Source: Candidatus Undinarchaeota archaeon
GTDB lineage: Archaea > Undinarchaeota > Undinarchaeia > Undinarchaeales > UBA543
Reading direction: 5' to 3'
DNA length: 64,000 nucleotides
Assembly (NCBI GenBank): GCA_964636545.1
Contig: CAZWSR010000002.1
Coordinates: forward strand, 47,130-111,129
Each line of letters opens with the position of its first letter. Within the stretch, counting starts at the first letter, position 1. The notes under the pieces were generated by a model, which was not told the DNA's origin, did not search any database, and worked only from the letters and a program-made list of their open reading frames with translations. The position numbers and the translations under genes are program-made. Shown here piece after piece: positions 56,962 to 64,000 of the stretch.

Positions 56962-57026
56962 GGTTAAGGTGTGAGCCCTCGGCCCTCAGCAGTCAAGGCC
57001 TGAGGGCTGAATGCTGATGGCTGACG
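56962..57026 (-). repeat. TCAGCCA/TGAGGGC heptamer-built intergenic element, copy 2
   Basis: Reverse complement GTCAGCCATCAGCATTCAGCCCTCAGGCCTTGACTGCTGAGGGCCGAGGGCTCACACCTTAACC. Confidence 0.75.
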
Positions 57027-57027
57027 C

Positions 57028-57270
57028 CTATTTTTTCTTCTCAATGTCCTCAATGCTTGGTGTTGTCATTATTGTGTATCCGACCCACAGCATAACGATT
57101 ACTGCGAAGACAAAGAACACAGAAACAACAATCTCAAGTGCTAACAGCGGGCTCAATGTAAAGAACCAAAATGTTGTCGGCCCATTAATAAGTACAACAA
57201 AGTAAACAACACCTACTAACAGTGCAAGTAGGCACAGTATTCCGCCAAATAATTTATCACGTGCGCTCAT
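57028..57270 (-). CDS. Small 2-TM archaeal membrane protein
   Basis: MSARDKLFGG...LWVGYTIMTTP motif. Confidence 0.7.
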   Translation of the reverse strand: MSARDKLFGGILCLLALLVGVVYFVVLINGPTTFWFFTLSPLLALEIVVSVFFVFAVIVMLWVGYTIMTTPSIEDIEKKK

Positions 57271-58181
57271 TTATTTTCCTCCAATAAACCAACTAATTCT
57301 TTGATGCTTTTAAGCTTTTTTCTCTCCAAAATCTCTTCCAATTCTTCACAAACCTTTCCAAAAACATCAAGATAATGATCTTTAACCGCTGTTCCAATTC
57401 CAACAGCACTTGCACCAGCAATAATATGCTGAGCTGCGTCATCTCCAGAATAAACACCACCAACGCCAATAATTGGAATCTTCACATTTTTTGCAATTGA
57501 ATAAACACATCTGGTCGCAATTGGCCTTATCAATCTCCCAGAAACTCCACCAACGCCATTTCCCAAAACCGGCCTTCCTGAATCAACATCAATAACCATT
57601 CCTGGGCCTAAACAATTAATTGCAGTAATCACATCAGCACCAGCTTCTTCAACTGCTTTAGCAACTTTCACAAGCAAATGTGTATTTGGAGTCAATTTCA
57701 CAGAAACTGGAATGCTTGTAACCTCTTTCACTTTCCTAACAACATTCGCAGCAGAAAATGGATCACAACCAAAACTCAGCCCACTTCCAATATTTGGACA
57801 ACTTACATTCAATTCAAACATGTCCGGCTCTGCCTTTTTCAAAATTTTAACAACTTCTGCAAACTCGTCAGCATCTTTTCCAAAAACACTTGAAATAATT
57901 GGCTTGCCACCTTCTTTCGCAATCTTGATTTCCTCAACAAAATTCTCAGCACCTGGATTCGGTAATCCCATTGAATTCAAAAAAACACCACCCAAATCAA
58001 CAATTGTTGGATTCTTATTCCCTTTCCTTGGTTTCAGCCCAATTGTTTTTGTAGTAACAGCTCCAGCACCACTCAGCGCAACTCTCTTCAAAATTTCCCC
58101 AGTATTTCCAAGAACACCAGCACTCAACACAGTTGGATTTTCCAGTTTCACACCAGCGAGTTCAGTGGATAGATTTGTCAT
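57267..58181 (-). CDS. pyrD: Dihydroorotate dehydrogenase (family 1B) catalytic subunit
   Basis: GAVTTKT, NSMGLPNPG, ELNVSCPN, VKLTPN, GGVSG, IIGVGGV. Confidence 0.95.
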   Translation of the reverse strand: MTNLSTELAGVKLENPTVLSAGVLGNTGEILKRVALSGAGAVTTKTIGLKPRKGNKNPTIVDLGGVFLNSMGLPNPGAENFVEEIKIAKEGGKPIISSVFGKDADEFAEVVKILKKAEPDMFELNVSCPNIGSGLSFGCDPFSAANVVRKVKEVTSIPVSVKLTPNTHLLVKVAKAVEEAGADVITAINCLGPGMVIDVDSGRPVLGNGVGGVSGRLIRPIATRCVYSIAKNVKIPIIGVGGVYSGDDAAQHIIAGASAVGIGTAVKDHYLDVFGKVCEELEEILERKKLKSIKELVGLLEENK

Positions 58182-58216
58182 TACCACAACTAACTAGTGT
58201 TTGCTTATTAAATTAT

Positions 58217-58603
58217 CTAAAACTTATTAACCAAATAATAAATCGCCTTTGTCACATTCTCCAAGTCATTATACATTCCAATGCTCAGCTTCCTGGTTTT
58301 GTAATTTGTCTCATACTTTTTAATTGCAGTTAAAATATCATGCAAATCCCATTTTGACAATCCCTTTAATTTTATTTCATTATCTAACATGTCTGCATTC
58401 TTATCCAGCACATGTTTTATTCCATACCAAGTCAATCTTCCAACTTCTCCGCCACATTCCTCTATCCGAATATCTCCCATAAATGGTGCATTTCCATAAA
58501 CAACATTTGTCTTTGGAAAAGAAACATGAAGCTCCCGCGTATTATGAATAATAGAATAATTGTATGTGTCCCCTTGGATACGCAGCTCCTCCACTTTGGT
58601 CAT
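58217..58603 (-). CDS. Hypothetical protein
   Basis: 128-aa ORF with a TATA-like box upstream. Confidence 0.55.
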   Translation of the reverse strand: MTKVEELRIQGDTYNYSIIHNTRELHVSFPKTNVVYGNAPFMGDIRIEECGGEVGRLTWYGIKHVLDKNADMLDNEIKLKGLSKWDLHDILTAIKKYETNYKTRKLSIGMYNDLENVTKAIYYLVNKF

Positions 58604-58687
58604 GAGTTATGGTAGTACTCTATGGGATATATCTGTTTGGGTAGTTGATCGGTTTCCACTGCCTAGTGCCCACTACCTACTGCCTTA

Positions 58688-59299
58688 TTAAATTAGCCCA
58701 CCTAACCATGTGATATACCGCACCCCAAAAATCTCAATCAGCTTCCAGTTTATCAACAGCGACATTGTAACAAGCGCAACAACTTTTCCAATTGGTGCAG
58801 TTCCCAAAACAATCCTTGGAACATCATACAAAATCACCCAGAAAACAATCAGCAACCCAAGATAAACAAAAATCAAATTCTGCATTATCCAATTTGGTCC
58901 TCTCAACCAACTCAAAACTCCAATTGCAATTGTAACTAATCCAAATCGCATTGTCTGTCTAACAGCTGTTCCAACATCTTTCCTCAAACAAAAATCAATA
59001 GGCGTCTCCCTAGTTGACAAAACTCCTTGCGCAATTCCTGTCAAAATAGCAACTAACAAACCAATCACCACCCCATTCCCCACAGCAATTCCAAAAAACA
59101 AAAAATACGAAATCGAAATACCGTATTCTGTTCCAACAAACATTCTTGAAAATATAATCGCAACTGACAACAATATCAAACTCAACCAGCCCTGTGTATT
59201 AAAGGCCGGCGTAAACAGCATAACAACTAGCACTATCAGTATCCCTGCCAAAATCAAGCTCGGCTTCAACATATCTTTTGCAACTATTTGTTTTTTCAT
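58688..59299 (-). CDS. Multi-TM membrane protein (distantly similar in layout to 27671/28434)
   Basis: About 6 TM helices, similar length; coupled to the radB stop. Confidence 0.7.
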   Translation of the reverse strand: MKKQIVAKDMLKPSLILAGILIVLVVMLFTPAFNTQGWLSLILLSVAIIFSRMFVGTEYGISISYFLFFGIAVGNGVVIGLLVAILTGIAQGVLSTRETPIDFCLRKDVGTAVRQTMRFGLVTIAIGVLSWLRGPNWIMQNLIFVYLGLLIVFWVILYDVPRIVLGTAPIGKVVALVTMSLLINWKLIEIFGVRYITWLGGLI

Positions 59300-60024
59300 A
59301 CCAGTCCGGAACCAACAATCTTGAATTTTGCTCCAGTTCCTTCTGGCTTATGGGGGTGTTTTCGTATAATAATACTTCTGTAACTATCCTCTTTCTCTTT
59401 CCGCAGTTCCAAAATCAGTTTTGACCAGTACATCAGCGTATCTCCACCAACTGGGACAATCTCTTCTTTCCCATCAAATGAAGTATAAACTTGATTACTA
59501 ACAATAATCGCTATCCCGTTCTCCCTTGCGATTTTTGACAAGTGAGCAAGCTCTCTCCCCAATTCTCGTGACAGTTCCAGCACTTTATCCCGTTTATTCA
59601 CAATCCTCAACCGATACAAACTAACAACAGAATCAATAACAACCAACTTAAAATCCTTATCCAAAACCTTGCACAAGCCCCTAACAACCCGCCCTTGCTC
59701 ATCAAAATCTTTCGGCTGTTTAACAAAGAAATTCTCTGGCAATTTCCCACAAATCTGCTTCAATCTTTCAGGCGAAAAACCACCTTCAGTATCAATAAAC
59801 AAAACCTTCTCGTTCTTCTTTATTTTTGAAGCAATTGATAAACACAAATTCGTTTTTCCACTACCAGGCGGACCAAAAACATGAGTAACGAAACCAACCG
59901 GCAGTCCGCCACCAAGCAATTTATCAATCTTTACAGATCCACTTGACAACTTCCTATTCTCAAAATCAGTAGCTTGCTTCATTTTTGACCCAAAATCAAA
60001 TTCAAATCGCTTTAATATTTTCAT
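59296..60024 (-). CDS. radB: DNA repair and recombination protein RadB
   Basis: LLGGG, FGPPGSGKTN, IDTEGGFSPER, VIDS, SNQVY, PVGG, RKHP. Confidence 0.93.
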   Translation of the reverse strand: MKILKRFEFDFGSKMKQATDFENRKLSSGSVKIDKLLGGGLPVGFVTHVFGPPGSGKTNLCLSIASKIKKNEKVLFIDTEGGFSPERLKQICGKLPENFFVKQPKDFDEQGRVVRGLCKVLDKDFKLVVIDSVVSLYRLRIVNKRDKVLELSRELGRELAHLSKIARENGIAIIVSNQVYTSFDGKEEIVPVGGDTLMYWSKLILELRKEKEDSYRSIIIRKHPHKPEGTGAKFKIVGSGLV

Positions 60025-60185
60025 AAACTAGTGCAATTTTCCTTAATTTATAAGATTTTGCCAACTTTCGTGAGTTTATAGAGTATTAAGCGGAATTATT
60101 TGTTAAGGCAGTAGGTAGTGGGCAGTTGATAGTAGAATAACAACCTTTATATATCAATTGCTACTAATTGCTATCAACTACTACC

Positions 60186-60419
60186 ATGAAATCAATACAA
60201 ATAAATATAAGAGTATCAGAATCTTTATCTGACGAACTTTCTGAAGTGTGCAATGCACTCAGAATTAGCAAGTCTGACTGGATTCGCATCACATTAGCTA
60301 AACACATATTTGACGAGCGAGCCCGAATGCTCAATGAAATCAAGGAAATAGAGACTCTAATGAGCTCAGATCTCGGAAAATTGGTGCAAAAAATGAGGTC
60401 CAGACAAGCAAGAAACTAA
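60186..60419 (+). CDS. Ribbon-helix-helix (CopG-like) regulator
   Basis: [14 protein letters not shown]...RISKSDWIR; ATG 60186. Confidence 0.8.
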   Translation: MKSIQINIRVSESLSDELSEVCNALRISKSDWIRITLAKHIFDERARMLNEIKEIETLMSSDLGKLVQKMRSRQARN

Positions 60420-60420
60420 A

Positions 60421-62733
60421 ATGACTCCAAAAGAAGAACCAACCAAAGATGACCAACCAAGTGGCCCTGAAATCGAACTCAAGGTAGCTAAAGCAATGCC
60501 AGAAGATGCTGAAAAAGGCATAATCCGTTTTGATTCAAAAGCAATGCAAGAAATCAATGTAGCTCCAGGCGACATTGTTCATGTTCAAGGAAAACGATTA
60601 TCTGTAGCAGTGGCAGCAAAAGCATACCCTAGTGATGTTGGAATGGGCGTTGTCAGAATCGACGGACTTCTACGAAAAAATTCTGAAGCTGGAATCGGTG
60701 AATCAATCAAACTCTCAAGAGCAGAGATCAAAGAAGCTGAAAAAGTTGTTATTGCTCCTGCTCAAAAAGGAATTCAAATTCAAATCCAGGGTGGCGGTAT
60801 TGAAAAAAGTTTAATGGGCCGTCCTGTAATGAAAGGTGATATGATTTCGCCACTCCGCGCATCAAAACAGCGCATGAGCGACCCTTTCTCTGATATTTTT
60901 TCATCCATGTTGGGTGGTGGCTTTTCTCCAATGTCCGGTTTCCCTGGGCTTAAGTTCGTTGTTGCGAGCACTAAGCCCAAGGGGGCTGTGATAATAACTG
61001 ACCGTACTGAAGTTGTTGTCAATCCAGAAGCAGTTGAAATCACTGAAATGGAGAAAATCCCATCAGTAACTTACGAAGATATTGGTGGTTGCGGAGATGC
61101 AATCAGAAAAGTTCGTGAAATGATTGAACTTCCACTAAAACACCCCGAACTTTTTGAAAAACTTGGTGTAGAACCACCAAAAGGAGTTCTGCTCTACGGA
61201 CCTCCAGGAACTGGAAAAACGCTATTAGCCAAAGCAGTTGCTAACGAGACCAGCTCAAACTTTTTCGCAATAAACGGGCCAGAACTTATGTCAAAATTCT
61301 ATGGCCAGTCTGAAGAAAACATGAGAAAAGTTTTCGAAGATGCTGAAAAGAATGCTCCAAGTATAGTTTTCATTGATGAAATCGATGCAATAGCGCCAAA
61401 ACGAGAAGAAGTTACTGGTGAAGTTGAGCGCAGAGTTGTTGCACAACTTCTTGCTTTAATGGACGGAATGAAGTCCCGTGGAAAAGTTGTTGTAATTGCA
61501 GCAACAAATCGACAGGACGCAATTGATACTGCTCTGAGGAGAGGTGGGCGTTTCGATCGTGAAATTGAAATTGGTGTTCCTGACAGAAAAGGCAGAAAAG
61601 AAGTTCTGCAAATCCATACAAGAGCAATGCCGCTTGACCCTGATGTCAAACTTGACCAATGGGCTGATGTAACCTATGGTTATGTTGGAGCTGACTTGGA
61701 AGCACTTGTAAAAGAAGCTGCAATGAGTGCACTACGTCGCGTTTTACCAAAACTGAATTTGGAAGATGGTGCAAAAGTGCCTCAAGAAATCCTTGACGGT
61801 TTGCGAGTAAACAACAATGATTTCAAGAATGGTTTGAAAAATGTTTCACCAAGTGCAATGAGAGAAGTGCTTGTTGAAATTCCAAAAGTCAAATGGACTG
61901 ATATTGGTGGACTAGAAGAAGCAAAAGAGCAACTTCAAGAAACAGTTGAATGGCCACTCAAGAAACCACAAATGTTCAAGAGAATGGGTATTGAACCTCC
62001 TCGCGGAGTATTACTCTACGGACCCCCTGGAACAGGTAAAACCATGATGGCAAAAGCAGTTGCAAATGAATCAAATGCAAACTTCATTTCAGTAAAAGGT
62101 CCTGAACTTCTCAGCAAATGGGTTGGAGAATCAGAGCGCGGAATCCGTAAAATATTCAAAAAAGCAAGGCAAGTAGCACCATCAATTATTTTCTTTGACG
62201 AACTTGACTCTTTAGCTCCAATGCGTGGCAGAGATTCAGGTGCTCATGTAACTGAAACTGTAGTCAACCAGCTCCTCACAGAACTTGATGGGATGGAAGA
62301 TTTGGAAAATGTTGTTGTGCTAGCAAGTACAAACAGGCCAGACATGATCGACCCAGGTCTACTCAGACCAGGTCGGTTTGACAGACATGTCTTAGTCCCA
62401 GTCCCAGATCAACCAGCTCGCAAGAAAGTTTTCGAAGTGCACACAGCCAAAATGCCACTAAACAAATCAGTAAACCTTGACAAACTCGCAGAACAAACAG
62501 AAGGATTTGTTGGAGCTGACATTGCTGGAGTATGCAAAGAAGCTGCAATATCTGCTTTGCGGGAAGACAAAGAAGCAAAAGAAATCACTATGAAGCACTT
62601 CACTGATGCTATTTCCAAAATAAATCCAACAATGAATGAGGAAATGACACATGCTTATGAGAATATTCTCAAACGCTTCAAGAAAACAGCTGGAAGTGGT
62701 GTTAGCAAGGATGATTTGAAGTATATGAGATAG
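60421..62733 (+). CDS. cdc48: CDC48/VAT AAA+ ATPase
   Basis: N-domain plus two AAA modules (GPPGTGKT twice, DEID/DELD, GRFDR). Confidence 0.97.
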   Translation: MTPKEEPTKDDQPSGPEIELKVAKAMPEDAEKGIIRFDSKAMQEINVAPGDIVHVQGKRLSVAVAAKAYPSDVGMGVVRIDGLLRKNSEAGIGESIKLSRAEIKEAEKVVIAPAQKGIQIQIQGGGIEKSLMGRPVMKGDMISPLRASKQRMSDPFSDIFSSMLGGGFSPMSGFPGLKFVVASTKPKGAVIITDRTEVVVNPEAVEITEMEKIPSVTYEDIGGCGDAIRKVREMIELPLKHPELFEKLGVEPPKGVLLYGPPGTGKTLLAKAVANETSSNFFAINGPELMSKFYGQSEENMRKVFEDAEKNAPSIVFIDEIDAIAPKREEVTGEVERRVVAQLLALMDGMKSRGKVVVIAATNRQDAIDTALRRGGRFDREIEIGVPDRKGRKEVLQIHTRAMPLDPDVKLDQWADVTYGYVGADLEALVKEAAMSALRRVLPKLNLEDGAKVPQEILDGLRVNNNDFKNGLKNVSPSAMREVLVEIPKVKWTDIGGLEEAKEQLQETVEWPLKKPQMFKRMGIEPPRGVLLYGPPGTGKTMMAKAVANESNANFISVKGPELLSKWVGESERGIRKIFKKARQVAPSIIFFDELDSLAPMRGRDSGAHVTETVVNQLLTELDGMEDLENVVVLASTNRPDMIDPGLLRPGRFDRHVLVPVPDQPARKKVFEVHTAKMPLNKSVNLDKLAEQTEGFVGADIAGVCKEAAISALREDKEAKEITMKHFTDAISKINPTMNEEMTHAYENILKRFKKTAGSGVSKDDLKYMR

Positions 62734-62764
62734 TTTTTTATATCATCCAAGATACTACTTCATT

Positions 62765-63379
62765 ATGAGAAAGAAAACAATGCTATTTGGATTTGCAATT
62801 CTAGCATCTCTTCTTTTCATAACTAATTTTATTTCCGAACCCCTAACTCCAGTTTCAGACTCACCAGCCACTACTCAATCAAACACTCGCATTATTGAGC
62901 TTTTCGACTACGCACCTCGCTACACTGCATTCAACCCACAATCTTGCCAAGTTTTAGATGGTTCCCCATATCAAAAACTAATTCTTCTAAAACACCCAAG
63001 TATATTAAAAATCACTAACTCTTTTGAAAAAAATGGCTTGGAGCTAATAGAAGAAGCGCACACCTGGGTGGCTTCAAACATTGCTTACAAGGAATTCGCA
63101 GATTTCCGAAGCCTTGACATAATTCTATTTTCTAATACTGCTGACTGCACTGGAATGTCGAACCTACTCTCAACATTTCTAGAAAATCTTGGTTTTGAAT
63201 CATATGTTGCATACACTAAAACACACGCATTTGTAGTTGTGAAATATGGGGAAATTTGGTACTCAATTGACGCTACTTCACAAGACATCTGGGGTATGTA
63301 TAATTGGAAAAAATCAACTTATATCCATTATTTAGATGTACTTGGTATATACAATTCTAAAGGCGCGGCAAGGTGCTAA
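62765..63379 (+). CDS. Secreted transglutaminase-like protein
   Basis: N-terminal TM/signal; WV..NI.Y, ADC, HAF, IDAT catalytic Cys-His-Asp pattern. Confidence 0.8.
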   Translation: MRKKTMLFGFAILASLLFITNFISEPLTPVSDSPATTQSNTRIIELFDYAPRYTAFNPQSCQVLDGSPYQKLILLKHPSILKITNSFEKNGLELIEEAHTWVASNIAYKEFADFRSLDIILFSNTADCTGMSNLLSTFLENLGFESYVAYTKTHAFVVVKYGEIWYSIDATSQDIWGMYNWKKSTYIHYLDVLGIYNSKGAARC

Positions 63380-63419
63380 AAAAACCTTTTTATAGTAGAA
63401 ACGCCACCGAATAAGTACT

Positions 63420-64000
63420 ATGGATAACAAACTCCTCGTGATGGGCGGAATTTTTTTAATCGCGGTTATTGCAATAGCCGGCGCAATTGTTTACTTCGGA
63501 ACACCTGAAGGACAATATGTTGGTCAATACTACAGAGTAGCTGATGGCGACACAACTGCTGGTGGCGCACCAATACAGGTTGTTTGTAAAGGAACTAATC
63601 ATGACCAAGACGCTTGTGAAGCAACTGGCTGCAGATGGACAGATTACTTCTGTGATGAGCCACTCTGTGTAAGCTACGATGACATGCGAGATTGTAATCT
63701 TCAAATAAATCACTGTAAGTGGGAAGATGAACGTTGTATTGATCTATTACAAGCAGGCATGGATCCAGAGGTCCCAGCAAGACCAATTCCACCAATAGAA
63801 GGAGATGAAGATGGTTGGAGGCGTGCGTTTTGCGTTGATTTCTGGACAGAACTTTCATGTAATGAGCAAGATAACAACGGCTGTGTATGGTCTGTAGATG
63901 GAACCACAGGGGCTGGAATCTGCAAATACAACGCAGAAGCTGGAACAGGCACAGAAGATGGGGAGCTAGAAGAACCTGAACTTCCAGAAACAAATATTCC
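63420..64000 (+). CDS. Membrane-anchored Cys-rich surface protein, partial (missing from the ORF track)
   Basis: ATG 63420: MDNKLLVMGGIFLIAVIAIAGAIVYFGTPEG...; three C-x-C-x-CxW-x-C repeats (GCRW, HCKW, GCVW); open to the window end. Confidence 0.8.
   Translation, partial: MDNKLLVMGGIFLIAVIAIAGAIVYFGTPEGQYVGQYYRVADGDTTAGGAPIQVVCKGTNHDQDACEATGCRWTDYFCDEPLCVSYDDMRDCNLQINHCKWEDERCIDLLQAGMDPEVPARPIPPIEGDEDGWRRAFCVDFWTELSCNEQDNNGCVWSVDGTTGAGICKYNAEAGTGTEDGELEEPELPETNI

Noticed and set aside
63456-63993. Three minus-strand ORFs at the window end
   Set aside because: Shadows of the + strand Cys-rich gene that starts at 63420

Overview
Archaeal chromosomal DNA, AT-rich. The gene set and many short orphan wHTH and membrane proteins suggest a DPANN-type lineage (inference). 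The window contains the replication origin region: an AT-rich intergenic stretch with ORB boxes followed by a cdc6-DP1-DP2 (PolD) operon. Housekeeping genes include hel308, hef, topA, radB, cdc48, serS, serA plus an aminotransferase, rpiA, two tandem prs genes, pyrC/K/D, an M42 peptidase, a small glycosylation cluster and three tRNAs (Leu-TAG, Thr-CGT, Gly-CCC). No CRISPR array, integrase, transposase or intein was found. The most unusual feature is a mirror-symmetric 3.7-kb locus (35.2-38.9 kb) about 22 kb from oriC. It is bounded by perfect 19-bp inverted repeats, carries oppositely oriented CTCACAA arrays and several other repeated operator-like motifs on its two arms, has a hairpin cluster at its midpoint and encodes three winged-helix proteins. 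A 27-bp near-palindrome links it to oriC, occurring twice at oriC and once at the start codon of a further wHTH gene. It is a candidate centromere-like or cell-cycle control hub. Other observations: G/C skew that appears to switch at oriC with reversed polarity, several dispersed REP-like repeat families (one inserted in-frame in topA and traB), and tandem arrays of orphan paralogues.
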